A stretch of DNA of 63,326 nucleotides, the filler included, from Octopus bimaculoides (taxonomy: Eukaryota): assembly GCF_001194135.2 (NCBI RefSeq). It is 7 parts of 7 records of this genome, joined end to end, with 100 filler letters (N's around TTAATTAATTAA, not from the genome) between each part and the next. Parts side by side here need not be neighbours in the genome. Positions count along the whole stretch, not along the records: positions 44,674 to 56,958 come from NC_068981.1; positions 57,059 to 63,326 come from NW_026423878.1; 5 more parts are not named here. One strand, 5' to 3'. Of the stretch, positions 50,671-63,326 are shown in pieces (the stretch's first letter is position 1; each line of letters starts with the position of its first letter). The position numbers and the translations under genes were made by a program. Below the pieces are notes generated by a model. The model ran no database searches. It was not told the DNA's origin and saw nothing but the letters and a program-made list of their open reading frames with translations.

Positions 50671-50884
50671 CGATGCTATGGATCACGAACTGAATGCTTG
50701 TGCATCAAACACTCAGCTATAAGCCAGGGAAGCTTATTACATACTTCCTATCCCCTTGTCATTTATTTAATTTTGTATTATGCACTGTACTTGCCTAAAG
50801 CTTTATCCTGAAGCATATGTATATTGAATTCTAACACCAGGTTATTATTATCATTATGCCTAGGTGAGATCTTAATATACATAT

Positions 50885-51400
50885 TCTTTTACTCTTTCAC
50901 ATGCTTCAGCCATAAAGCTGTGGCCATGCTGATGCCCTACCAGTATCATCACCTTTTGAACGGCCATTTACATGTGGTTGACTTTTGATGAAGGAGAGAA
51001 TTTGATATTGCTCCCTTTGTTTGAGTTTCATGCTGTGATACAGGCTCATTTAGGATCTTGGACAGTAGAGGTTCTAGGCATGTAGATCTCTCAGCTCTTT
51101 AAGGATGATATTAAACAGCTGTGGGCCTTTGAATCACAAACTATTGCAGTATTTGGTCAAATCGTATTACACACCCCTTGTGTTTCCATATTTTGCTATG
51201 ATCCTCACCTTGCTAAAGACCTCAAGTCCTTTACTGCTATCTCTCTATCCCTTGTGTGTGGTAATGCTGGCCATTACTTGTTCATGATGCACTCACCCAT
51301 TCCCACTCTTGAAACCAATACCAGAAATCTCTTCCCTTATATCGGAAACCTTTTCTCTTATACCAGAAATGCCAACAGGGCTGTGCCTCACTTCTGTACC
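50885..51400 (-). mobile_element. 3' end of a CR1/L2-group LINE (same family as 3325-3590) with tail
   Basis: Minus-strand frame ...TKYCNSL*FKGPQLFNIILKELRDLH..., followed by the tail CAGCATGGCCACAGC..GCTGAAGCATGTGAAAGAGTAAAAGAAT. Confidence 0.7.
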
Positions 51401-51689
51401 AGAAGAATTGCATACTTCCATCCCTCAAACCACCCACATCTTTCTGTCTATACATAATAGACTCACCATCAGCAGCTCATTTACTTAACTGGCCTATTAT
51501 ATTTGCAGCAGTAACACTTATATTTACAACACTCATAACACTTATATTTACAATGATTACATTACACTCACTCACACACACCCCACCCCACACAATAGGG
51601 GCAACCATTTTTAACCTTTTTGAATGATGGTAGGTTAAAGTGAGAGAACAACTGATGTGACATGTCTGTTATCAAACAATCACAGAAAC

Positions 51690-52370
51690 CTTTTTTTTCA
51701 GGTGCTGAATAACATCACTCCTTCCCACATCCCTTTCCCAGTTTTCAAAGTTGGCACTGTCAATGTAAGCACATTGAACAGTAAGTCTAGCAAAATTGTT
51801 GAGATGCTTGAACAGAGGTGTGTTGATGTATGTTGCATCCAAGAGGTAAGGTGGAGTGGAGCTTCAGCCAGGTTCCTGACAGGCAAGGCACATAGGTATA
51901 AAATTTTCTGGAAAAGTAACAGTGATGGGGTAGGTGGCGTTGGCATACTCCTTGCAGAGAAATGAGTGGATAAGACCATAGAGGTAGTCAAAGTGGGTGA
52001 TAGAGTGCTAAAGCTTAGGCTAGTTTTACAGAACAGTATAGTGACAATTATCTCTGCCTATGCCCCTCAAGCAGGCCTACCAAATGAACAGAAGGACCAC
52101 TTTTACGATATTCTTCTGCAGGCTACCTCAAAAATGAGTGACAATGATCTCCTCTTCGTGGTTGGGGATTTCAATGGGCATGTCAGGCAGTAGCCTGGTA
52201 TCTTCCATGGTGTCCATGGGGGCCATGGGTTTGGCTCCTGAAACAAAGAGGGAACAAGTCTACTGGAGTTCTGTGATGCAAATAACCTTTTGATCTGCAA
52301 TACAAACTTCAGGAAGCCAGCCAGCCACCTGATAACTTACCAATCAGGTGCCTGTGCTAGCCAGATCAAC
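51690..52370 (+). mobile_element. RTE-clade LINE, apurinic endonuclease domain remnant
   Basis: VGTVNVSTL...CCIQEVRWSG...GVGILLAEK*VDK...ISAYAPQAG...FVVGDFNGHV...LLEFCDANNLLICNTNFRKPASHLITYQSG, with stops. Confidence 0.9.
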
Positions 52371-52374
52371 TGTG

Positions 52375-52414
<40 letters not shown>

Positions 52415-53225
52415 TGCATATATGTATCTATGTATGTATGTATATATATATATGTAATACCAAAGCACAGTTTTCAGTGAAGCAAGTAACAAGCAAATGT
52501 ACAGCACTGACAAGCCTCAACAAAGGCAAAATGCATCTGTCATTCTCGTTAGTGACTGCAGTGACAGTGTTCGTCTTGCTCCATTATATGTGTTCAATAT
52601 TTCAGCTGCAACCTTTTACTATCAATCAATACAAATATTAAGTGGCAAGATAACCAGTTATTATAACCTGTTGGACAATCTAATTGGAGATCATAAGTTC
52701 AAACATGATTTTCCAGGGTCTCCATTGGTCAGATTTAACAATACCCCTGCAGATGTGTGAACAGACTTTTTTTTAAGGAAGACCAGCAGTGAAACAATTG
52801 ATATATTTGTAATAACTTCTACACGACCATAAATGGTGATTGGCATAGGAAAGAACAATTGATAAAATTAACTCCAGTACATCACTGGTACTTATTTTAT
52901 CATTAAGACTGGCAGTATGAAAGTGGTAAAGTCAATCTCAGCTCAAAAAAATTTTTTTACTCATTAGACTGACTTGTCTGAGGAAGAGGCTGTATACCAC
53001 GAAAACTCCAGAACAGGCCTCAAGATTAGTATATATGTATACACACAGACACATGCACACAGAATTTTAACTCAGATGTTTGTGTAAGAGTTGTCATTTT
53101 AATGTCCACTTTTCTATACAGGATGACCATTTGAAATACTGAACTTCCCACAGCATAAAATTAATTAACTTGTACTGTTTTATTATAGTTTTAGTTCTGA
53201 AACATTTTGGACATATCTACATACA

Positions 53226-54112
53226 TACAAGATGCATTCAAGAAGTACCTGTCTTTATATTTCCCTACCAAAACTAATGCTATGCAGGTAAAATTCTTTG
53301 GGTTGGAAGTGATGCTACCGATCTGTGTACATGTGAAAATGTTCATGTTGGTAGGCTGTGTCAATTCACAGTTATTATGCATAGAGCACAGACATTTAGT
53401 GTGCACTCATCAGATTTCGTTTTCTCTGAACACATCAGGCAGAGATATTGAATCAAGTTTTGCCAAGAGCGTGGTGATACTTAGGCTCAATTCTTCCAGA
53501 AGTTTCAGCAGGCCTTTAGATGTTATGTCATCGGCAAATCTCAGAACAAGGAGTGGTACAACTGCTTCAAACATAGCTGCACCTGTGGAGAGTGAGGCAC
53601 ACTTAGGCAGACCATCCTCAAGCTGAAACAAAGAGCTGACTAAGAAAGTTCAGTGAATAGTCATAGAAGAACATCATGTAACAATCCAAGAAATTGCTCA
53701 TGAAGTGGGAATAAGCACAGGATCTGTGCATTCTAGTTTAATGGAGGATTTGTGAATGCCGAGAGTGTTGGCTGAATTCGCCCCCAGAAGCAACCCCACA
53801 TGGAAATCACTCAGGACATGTTGGACTGTGCAAACCACGACACAGACTTCATAAAAACCATCATCACTGGTGATGAGACATGGGTTTATGATCTCAGCTC
53901 GATGCGATAGGCCATCTTGCATGAAACAAAAATCCGAGCACATACTACACGTCTGTAGAATTGGTGTAACAGCTGGGAACTGATGCGGATTAGCGGCAAA
54001 TTTTTACGCATCCGCAGGAGGGGTTGTGTCATCTCCCACCCAAAGGATTTTGCCCACGCGGCATTAGTTTTGACTGAAAAAAATAAAGTCGGATACTTCT
54101 CCTGTACACATG
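53226..54112 (+). mobile_element. Decayed mariner (Tc1/mariner) transposon with imperfect TIRs
   Basis: Frames give IKFCQERGD...KEWYNCFK...GRPSSS...TIQEIAHEVGISTGSVHS...AEFAP and FIKTIITGDETWVYD. Left TIR GAAGTACCTGTCTTTATATT versus right TIR (reverse complement) GAAGTATCCGACTTTATTTT. Confidence 0.85.
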
Positions 54113-54254
54113 CACAAACAGTTAAAAATTTATTCCCCTAAAACAACGAAAATTGACTGAATAGAAGATTCAGTCCTAGTATAGTATCTAATATTTATTA
54201 TTTTGTTGACAGTAACTCAGTTTCACCAAGAAAGCGGTTTATTCAAAGTGACAT

Positions 54255-54631
54255 CTTCCTTGTTGGCACTCCGTCGCTTACGACGTCGAGTGTTTCAGTT
54301 GATCCGATCAACGGAACAGCCTGCTCGTGAAATTAACGTGCACTCCACAGACACGTGCACCCTTAACGTAGTTCTCGGGGATATTCAGCGTGACACAGTG
54401 TGACAAGGCTGACCCTTTGAATTACAGGCACAACAGAAACAGGAAGTAAGAGTGAGAGAAAGTTGTGGTGGAAGAGTACAGCAGGGTTCGCCAGCATCCC
54501 CTGCCGGAGCCTCGCGGAGCTTTTAGGTGTTTTCGCTCAATAAACACTCACAACGCCCGGTCTGGGAATCGAAACCACGATCTTATGACCGCGAGTCCAC
54601 TGCCCTAACCACTGGGCCATTGCGCCTCCAC
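54255..54631 (-). mobile_element. Young-looking tRNA-derived SINE (family E)
   Basis: Head GGAGGCGCAATGGCCCAGTGGTTAGGGC (A box) ... GGTTTCGATTCCCAGACCGGG (B box), then a ~300-bp CpG-rich body. Confidence 0.8.
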
Positions 54632-55444
54632 TACATCTTCATTAAAGCACATACATAAAACTTTGAAGTCGTTGTCAAATAAAACGTGTGTGCGTGCGTG
54701 CGTGCGTGCGAATTGGCTGAGTGATTAAACAGTCATCTCACTGCGCTGCGAGTTCATTCATCATCTTTAATGTTTCACTTTAGAAAATGGATCTCCAATA
54801 GTGTGAAATTAGATATAAATGCTAATAATATTTGGGAACATATGTTAAGCTGTTTGTAGTAAAATCAACAAAAGAAAGTTGAATCATAATGTTAAGACCT
54901 ATATTAATACATGTTATCCGCCAGAACAACACCATGAGATGTTTTCTTGGTTCGTGGTTAATATAACTCCAAATCAATTTTGGAAAAAAAGCCACACACT
55001 ATAAACATTTAATGTAATAAAACAAGAAATATTTAAAATCAGTTATTAAATTACGGTACATGACTTGTGCACAATAAGTGTGCGTGTGTGTGTGTGTGTA
55101 CTCATATATATGATAGCACTACACAAACGTAGAAAAAAACCCCTTTTATTCAATTTCTTAAAGACAATGAAACAAAACATTTAAGCCAGTTATTTACTGA
55201 CAATGCATAACAGCTTGAAAACACCTTACACAATATCGAGACACACGTATATTCAGTATTTTTAATGTTGATGACTAAAGAGGTATATTCCAGCAGAAGC
55301 CACCAATAAACTCCACACAGCCTTTTAGTTCTTCCGTCCAGCGACACTCACAACTGATGAAAGTTTTTCTCCAATAAAATTTTCCTGGATTCAATTATTC
55401 CAAGTAAAGTTAACCAATGCGTTATATTGATTTCAAATTTTGGC

Positions 55445-55567
55445 ATAGAGCTATCAGTGCTCAATTGGTACTTATTTCATCGACCTCAGCGGAGTTTGAA
55501 CCCAGAAACTAAAGACGGACGAAATGCCGCTAACTGACATGCTAACGATTCTGCCAGTTCACTACCT
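55445..55567 (-). mobile_element. Family A SINE, internally deleted
   Basis: GGTACTTATTTCATCGACCTCAGCGGAGTTTGAACCCAGAA..AAAGACGGACGAAATGCCGCTAA..GCTAACGATTCTGCCAG. Confidence 0.7.
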
Positions 55568-56639
55568 TCATTTATAACTAGTCTGTAATATTGCTGGAGA
55601 TATATGTTTAATGTTCCTTAAAACTTTACGTTTACGTATCGTAATTGGATATGCCGAAAGGTAGATTTAGTTTGGGTTTTAGACAGTTTATTTTAGTTGT
55701 ATCTAACTTTTCATATTTGTTTTATTTCAGTATGATACGAGCTAAAATAAATATAATTACACATAAATATGTATGAACATATATACATACATACATACAA
55801 ACATGTAAGTTAATACTTGTTAATACATACATAAATACACACACACACACACACACTTTTATTTCGAATCAGCCTTCTAGTATACAAGATGAAAGATGAA
55901 AAATACTTTAAACCTGTCCGTACGCATACACAAAGATGTATATGTATACACACACACATATATAAACAGCTATATACATTTATATATACACACGCATGTA
56001 TATATGTAAACATGTTTCTGTATACATATATCATGTATATGTGGTAGCTACATAAACTCCAAGTTTATTCACCTATATTAGCATAAAATAAAGACAAAAA
56101 CACATGAAGCAGCACATATACTTCAAGCATCAACAATTCCATTCCTTCAACTCGTTTTTAATCATCTTCCGCAATCTATGCAAACAGTTACACAACAGCT
56201 ACGGGCAAATATGAATAGAAAATTACTATCACCAAACAGGAAAATATACAGCCGATAGCCAATTTGAAATGAAAATAAAATTCGGACTTCAAACATAGAA
56301 ATTGAACAACTTTATCAGGATATTTTCTGGAGCTAAGATGCTGAAATGTAAACAGCCGGCAGCACAATGGGATAGCAACACTATGTGTACAGCCCCTATC
56401 GACTTTGTTTCTTCATAACTTAAAAAAAAATTGACGTTTTTAATGAAAGTTTTGGCAAATACCTTTCAGATGGTGAAGATTCCGATTATATCAGAATTAA
56501 ATTTAAATATATATATAAAGGAAATTGTGTTTTGTAGTTGTTGTCATTATCAACCCCAAACGTATCACCAAGGGAGAGAGAGAGAGAAAGAAAGAAAGGG
56601 AGAAAGAATTAATCTACAAAATTCCCTGTTAGTTGGAAA

Positions 56640-56958
56640 AAAAATGGAATCTATTTCAAAACGGGGGCACCAGTATTTTCTTAACGAAACACTTTGAAAC
56701 TTGGGACACTGGTAGAATGTGTCATATAAAACATCTTTAACTCTTAGTCTTCTTAACAAAAAAAAAGGAATTCGCAAGTTATTCCATGTTAAAGTTGTCG
56801 TATTTCTGTAATTTCAACCAATCACTGACGTCTATTCAGCTGAATAGAGTTACTGCTGGGCAGTCATAAAAATGTTATTCCCTGTGACATATTTCATCCG
56901 GTTTAATCGTAATTTATACGCATATATTGTTTATATAATAAATTACGCTGTGCGTATC
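56640..56958 (+). mobile_element. One-ended copy of the Mutator-like TIR family
   Basis: Homologous to 26260-26640 and 18100-18300; truncated by an N gap. Confidence 0.75.
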
Positions 56959-57736
56959 NNNNNNNNNNNNNNNNNNNNNNNNNNNNNNNNNNNNNNNNNN
57001 NNTTAATTAATTAANNNNNNNNNNNNNNNNNNNNNNNNNNNNNNNNNNNNNNNNNNNNTTTTTTTTTTTTTTTTTTTTTTTTTTTTTCAGCTTTATATTA
57101 CATTAATCTTAATATATATACACACGCACACACATATATGTATGTATGTATATGTGTGTGTATATATGTATAGGTATATCTTGTATGTAATGTGTGTGTT
57201 TGTGTGTGTACCAGATAGTCTATCTAAAATATTTAGTAGCTGCTAGGAACTGGATGCCATGCTTGAAGTAGTGAAGCGAAAATACTTTTTAATTATTTGG
57301 AATCAAAATGCTAATGACGTAAAAAAAATTCCAAGGAGACAAAAAAAGCAACAACAAAATTCAGTGAACAGAAAACAAAGACTGATAAAAACAAAATAAG
57401 CAGAAAAAATATCATTAGCGTTAACGAATATTCTCGCAGGTGGCAAGGGAGAGAACTTGGGGAATTTCAATCAATCCTCAATTAATAGTGTTGTGTGAGA
57501 TGCGTGATGCTGAAATACGTATATGTTGTTATATATAACCGTATGAGCGTACGTAGATTGATACGTATGTACGTATGTGTAGATGTATGTGTGTGTACGT
57601 GTGTGTGTGTGTTGTGTGAGTATGTGAGTGTATGAGTATGTGTGTAATTATGTATGTATTTTATATGTGTGTAAAAAAAAAAGATTAAAAGGAAAGGCAA
57701 ATTTGAATTTTAACCGTTATCCGCGAAACTAATATC

Positions 57737-57787
<51 letters not shown>

Positions 57788-58199
57788 GATGGATAAGCGT
57801 ATATGTATGTATACTTTAAGATTAAACGTATATTTGTGAGTGTGTGTAAGTGTCTATATAATTGTATGTACTTCTATATATATGTATAAGTAAGGTTATG
57901 TTTGCATATATATATCTAAGACGTTTGATTCATTCACCGTTAGACGGTGGTGAGAGGGACAAACGCACACGCACACACACACACGCGCGCGCGCACACAT
58001 ATATATATGTGTGTATCTATATAGAGAGAGATTCAAGATGAATATGGTACTTAAGTTTAGACACCAGAATTAAGTATGGTATTATCCATACAATTGGAAA
58101 ATAAGGTGATTAAAAGCAAAATAAGCAACAAGGATATCGAAAGTTAATGCAGTACGATCGTTTCATACGACTCCGTTTATTTAAGCAATATGAACATTA

Positions 58200-59680
58200 C
58201 AGTCGCTCATCACTCATCCTTACCAAATGTCCCCTACCACCTCAAACGTCTTTGCAAAATCATTGACTCTAGACTTCTACTGCCACTCCTCTCAAGCACC
58301 TCCACATTACTTGTGGCCATTTTCCAGTTTATCCCACCCACCAATTTTTTTTCTTCTCAGACAGTATTGATGGTATCGATCCAATTGCCTTACCTGCTTG
58401 CGGTAAACAACTCATGCTCACTTCCATATAACAAAGATGGGAGGATGCATGTGTTATAAACCTTAACTTTAATTTGTGAAGATATATTATGTTGTCTCCA
58501 CAGACCCCTATCAAGCCTACCAAAGGTACTACTAGCCCTGCTGATTCTGTATGAAATTTCATCATCAAGACCAGCAGTCTAGGTACAGTCTCCAACCTTT
58601 GACCATTCACAGTCATAAAAGGTTCCACATACATTTTGAAGTGGGCGGGCTGGTACATTATAACAATTTATTTTAGATTGATTGTTAGACCCTACAGAAA
58701 TCACATTCACCATATGCTGCATATCTTTCTGAGAATGTGCCAACAGGTCACAATCATCTGCATACAGAAACTCAATGAGGTGAGAATGCATAACTTTCGT
58801 TTTGGCACAGAGTCTTTTGAGATTGAACAGTTTTCCTGTTGTCCTATATCTTATATAGACCCCTTCAGGGCAATCTTTAAAAGCTATTTGAAAGACTATT
58901 GCAAAATATATAGCAAACAGTGTAGGAGCAGGAATAACACTTTGCTTCACACCATTTTCTACAGAAATTGGATCTCATAAGGTACCACCAACATTAACTC
59001 TCACTTCCATCTTGTCATGGAATTGTCTAAGCATTCTCACAAATTTTTCAGGGCATCCTAGCTTTTTAGGATCCCAAAGTGCAATTCTATTGATAGAATC
59101 AAACGCCTTTGTTAGATCAATGAAAACCTAGTAGAAGTCCATATCCCGTTCGATGCACTTCTCTTGCAACTGTCTAGCTGAAAATATATCCATAGTACTC
59201 CTACTATCCCTAAACCCACATTGAGATTTTGGTAGAACCTCATCAGCAATGTGCAGAAGCAATCTGTCCAGCATTACCCTACAGAGGACCTTTCCAGCAA
59301 CAGCTAACAGACAGATGCCGCGATAATGATCCCAGACATCCTTTCTACCTTTAGATTTATATAGTAACTCCATAGTTGCATCACACCAATCCGGAAGAAC
59401 GTCTTCACTTTGCCAAACCCTCTGAATCACATCCGTCAACATTACACAAAGATGATCACCATCATATTTATATCTCTCTGCACCTAATCCATCCATACCA
59501 GGTGCATTTCCATTGTTCAATTTCCTGATTGCTGCTTTTATTTCAGCCAGGTTTGGAACTTTTACTTATAAGATGTTTTATTGGTCTCTCGGGTATATTA
59601 TCAAGAAAAGAGGGGTCAACCTCATTGGGTCTATTGAGCAACTCATCAAAATGTTCTTTCCATCTTCCAACATACATACA
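58200..59680 (-). mobile_element. RTE (BovB-like) LINE, reverse transcriptase remnant
   Basis: GRWKEHFDELLN, APGMDG, YRGICLLAVAGKVLCRV, QCGFRDSRST, FIDLTKAFDSI, GVKQSVIPAPTLFAIYF, RYRTTGKLFNLKRL, EFLYADDCDL, with stops and frameshifts. Confidence 0.92.
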
Positions 59681-59880
59681 TACATACATACATAAACACA
59701 TGTAAATAGATACACTCATATGTATATGAATACACATGATATATCTACATATATATGTATGTACAGACATACATTTACCTCTATACATATATATTTATAT
59801 GTGCTTTATTGTATTTGTGGGTGCATCCGTGTGCGTGTGCTTTGTGTCTGTGTGTGCGTGTGTGTGTCCCCGTGTGCGTA

Positions 59881-59917
<37 letters not shown>

Positions 59918-60226
59918 ATATCTGTGTATAGTACATGCTTCTCTCGGCGTTCTAATTAATCCCAGCAACGTGGCCAGGAATTGTGAGTTCTCAGTAGGTT
60001 GAAAACACGCCGACCCCAATCTGTCAACTGTTTTTCCTTACACATATTCTCTCTTTCCTTCTCTCTCATTCCCTCTCTCTCTCTCTCTCTCCCTCTCTTT
60101 ATTCCATTCCGTTTAACAATACAACACAGCGAAATGCAAAGACACACGCAAACACATACACACAAACACACAGAGGCGCAACCACTTACATATACACACA
60201 TATATGCACCATTAGTATATATATAT

Positions 60227-60271
<45 letters not shown>

Positions 60272-60478
60272 GATATAGATATGTGTGTGTGTGTATGTAT
60301 ATATATATATTCATATATATATATATATATATATATATCCACAAACATAAATATCTAAATATAAGCTTATANNNNNNNNNNNNNNNNNNNNNNNNNNNNN
60401 NNNNNNNNNNNNNNNNNNNNNNNNNNNNNNNNNNNNNNNNNNCCTATATACATATACATGTGTATATTTGTGTGTGCT

Positions 60479-60531
<53 letters not shown>

Positions 60532-60807
60532 TTATATATTCTTATGTGTACATATATATATATGTACATATATATGTGTGTACATAAATATATTCTTATA
60601 TGTACATACACACGTACGGACGTACGTACACACACTCACATACACACACATGCATAAGTGAATGTTTATAATGATATATGAATGGAGTTAATACAAAGAG
60701 ACATTTTAAAATAAACCCAAAGTCCATATTGTCATAAAAACATTATTTCTAGTATGTGTGTGTGTGGCGGGGCGGAATGTTGTGTGTATATATATGTCAG
60801 CGTACAC

Positions 60808-60852
<45 letters not shown>

Positions 60853-61029
60853 GATAGATCGATCGATAGATAGATAAATAGAGAGGGAGAGAGTGGCGTA
60901 GGTGATACGCGAAAATGTCTTCATCTTTTACCGTTTTGGGATTTCAGTCATGGAACTCTAGCCATGCTGACGCCTCGCCTTCAAGGACTCAGTTGAATAA
61001 TTCTATCGCCGCAACTTATTTTCTTTACG

Positions 61030-61122
61030 TTGGAACTTAATCTCTCACTTTTGCTGAACCGTTAAGTTACGGGGACGTAAACACACCAAGAGGTGGTCGG
61101 GTACAAATACAAACACAAACAG

Positions 61123-61179
<57 letters not shown>

Positions 61180-61845
61180 GATATAGATTTACATGACGGG
61201 CTTCTTTAGGTTTCCATCTACCAAATCTAACTCACGAGCCTTTATTGCAGGAAAGACACTTGCTCAAGGTGCCATGCACTGGAACTTAACCCGGAACCAT
61301 GTGATCGAGAAGCAAAGTTCTTTAGTCAAACAAATCATCCCCAGGACTTATTCTTTGAAAGCCTAGTACTTCTTCTATCGGTCTCTTTTTTGCCAAACCG
61401 CTAAGTTACGGGGACGTAAACGCACCAACATCGGTTATCAAGCGATGGTGGAGGGACAAACACTGACACAAACATATATAGCTATTCCTGTCGTAATCCA
61501 AATTTAGCCGAATGCGTTTTTCTTTTTCAATATTTATCTTTGGTTGCAATAACCTGTTCTTTTGGTCAAACTATCGTATCTCCAGCTGCTTCAGATGCCA
61601 AGATATCAAAAATTGTCAAAGTGTAGTACAACGGCTTTGCTATGGAATTGTGAAACTACTTTTTCGTCTTCTGAAAAAGCAACGTTTTGGACTTACGATA
61701 CTTTTGCATAATAACGAGATATATATATATATATATATTTATAGGCTCAGGCGTGGCCCTGTGATAAGTAACTTGCTTCCCAATCATATGATTCTGGGTT
61801 CAGTCCCGGTGCGTGGCACCGTGGACAAGTTTTTTTTCTACTGTA
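61030..61845. mobile_element. Family B SINE copies (61030-61465 minus, with CA tract; 61745-61845 plus head)
   Basis: CCGCTAAGTTACGGGGACGTAAAC, TTTCCATCTACCAAATC, and head GGCGTGGCCCTGTGATAAGTAACTTGCTTCCCAATC..GGGTTCAGTCCC. Confidence 0.8.
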
Positions 61846-62609
61846 ACCTCAGTATATCGCGGGTTTCTGCGACCGATAGTTATTTATATTTTTCACCTAT
61901 CGCGAGAGATTTTGGAACGTAACAACCGCGATAGTCGAGGGATTACTGTATATTTATCTATATGTATGCGTATACATTTCATATTTATACATCCTTCTCT
62001 GCCCGTGCGCGTGCCTGTGTGATTCCATGAAAGTGCATGAGTATCAATATATATCTGCACAAGTTCCTATATTAATGTACATACCCTAATTTTACTCCCT
62101 GGCACCCTCATTTATAGGTCCGTATGTATGCATATATGTCTTTCAATTTTCCATATTGTTTAAATACTAATTAAACAGTGTAACGGGAAAATCATTTGGA
62201 AAATATGCAATAGCCACGTGATATTATAATTGCTTTCATAATTTATTCCAGGCCAATACAGGTAAATGCCATTACCATTGATATTTTAAATATTTGCCTC
62301 CTTGATTTAAAATCTGTTTCCAACGCGCGAAACACTCGGTCCTTGAGCCACTCTGTAACTTCTGCTGATTATTACTGAAAAGAAACATCTCTCTCTCTCT
62401 CTCTGTCTCTGTCTCTCTCTGTCTTTCTCTCTCTCTCACTCTATCTATCTGCTTATCTATGTATCTATCTAACTACATCTTTATATAAAAACACGCATGA
62501 TATATACATATAGATACATACATATATAAATATACGTACATATATATATACATGTGTGTGTTTATGTATCTATATGTATAAGTATATAAATACTATAATC
62601 ACGCAAATT

Positions 62610-62645
<36 letters not shown>

Positions 62646-63280
62646 TAGATAGATAGATATTGTGAAGTTATTGCATACATGTATTACATCATCATCATCA
62701 TCATTATTATTATTATTATCATTATTATTATTATTGTTATTATTATATCATTCCTATTTGTAACCTCTCTTGACGGAAGAGTGGATCGTTTCGATTCTCT
62801 CGTGTCAAATTGGAAAAATATTCAACAATAGGAATTCCCCTGCAGGTCCCTTCCTTAATTGCCGTTAAAACTCCATGAGGTAAAGCCAGATTCCTCTCTA
62901 ATCTGATTATTAATGAATTATTACATCCAAGATATCACACATCGTTGTCAGAAATTCTCGGGGTTTTTTTCAGGAAAATTGTCCACTACATTTAACTTCT
63001 GTAACTCTACATATAGTTGCCTAGGCCAAGATAGGAAAGACAGACATATCTGGCCGCAGGGGCAGCGATTTCGATATTTCTTGTTCACGTGGAAAGAAGA
63101 GGCGCTGCAACGTTCGGTTGCTTGACGCAGTAGTCTACGCTCGTGTTTGTCATCGTAACATTCAGTTGACGATGTGCTGATGTGTTAGCCGCCATTTTGA
63201 GTTGAACCTTTAATCGATGTTCGGTATATTTTTCTCCACCAGTTTCCTGCTCGTATATATTGATGCAACACTTATTTAGA

Positions 63281-63326
<46 letters not shown>

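Noticed and set aside
53410-53631. Minus-strand ORF MFQLEDGLPK... and plus-strand ORF 53207-53626 as host genes
   Set aside because: Both are shadows or off-frame readings of the decayed mariner transposase.
54550-54631. tRNA gene
   Set aside because: A and B boxes are present but there is no closing acceptor stem, and it continues into a ~300-bp SINE body. The same applies to the other SINE heads.
55270-55392. Cys/Trp-containing minus-strand frame LNPGKFYWRKTFISCECRWTEELKGCVEFIGGFCWNIPL*
   Set aside because: It has no start codon, no matching donor and no recognisable motif, so it is likely chance or TE debris.
1-63326. CRISPR array or other prokaryotic defence system
   Set aside because: There is no regularly spaced repeat-spacer array and no operon-like coding density; the sequence is eukaryotic intronic and intergenic DNA.

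Overview
AT-rich, microsatellite-dense eukaryotic genomic DNA with many N gaps. It is very likely octopus: an inference from the tRNA-derived SINE families, extreme (CA)/(TA)/(TAA) microsatellite density and 100-bp N44-TTAATTAATTAA-N44 gap spacers. Only one host gene is well supported, a small minus-strand gene for a secreted chitin-binding protein. It has a TATA box and Inr (~20438-20400), a signal-peptide exon (20334-20274), and a phase-1/phase-1 exon encoding one CBM14 (peritrophin-A/ChtBD2) domain (17048-16887). Two possible last coding exons give either a 76-aa peptide or a 132-aa protein with an Asp-rich tail. The rest is mobile DNA: several R4/Dong-type (RLE) retrotransposon remnants mostly next to (TAA)n, a decayed near-full-length Tx1/L1, two RTE fragments, two CR1/L2-type LINE 3' ends sharing their tail with the commonest SINE, two Penelope GIY-YIG fragments, mariner and Chapaev-like remnants, a Mutator-like foldback element with a 9-bp TSD, a piggyBac-like MITE and many SINEs. 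There is no CRISPR array, rRNA or credible tRNA gene. All family assignments come from motif recognition by eye, not database searches, and many TE boundaries are approximate.
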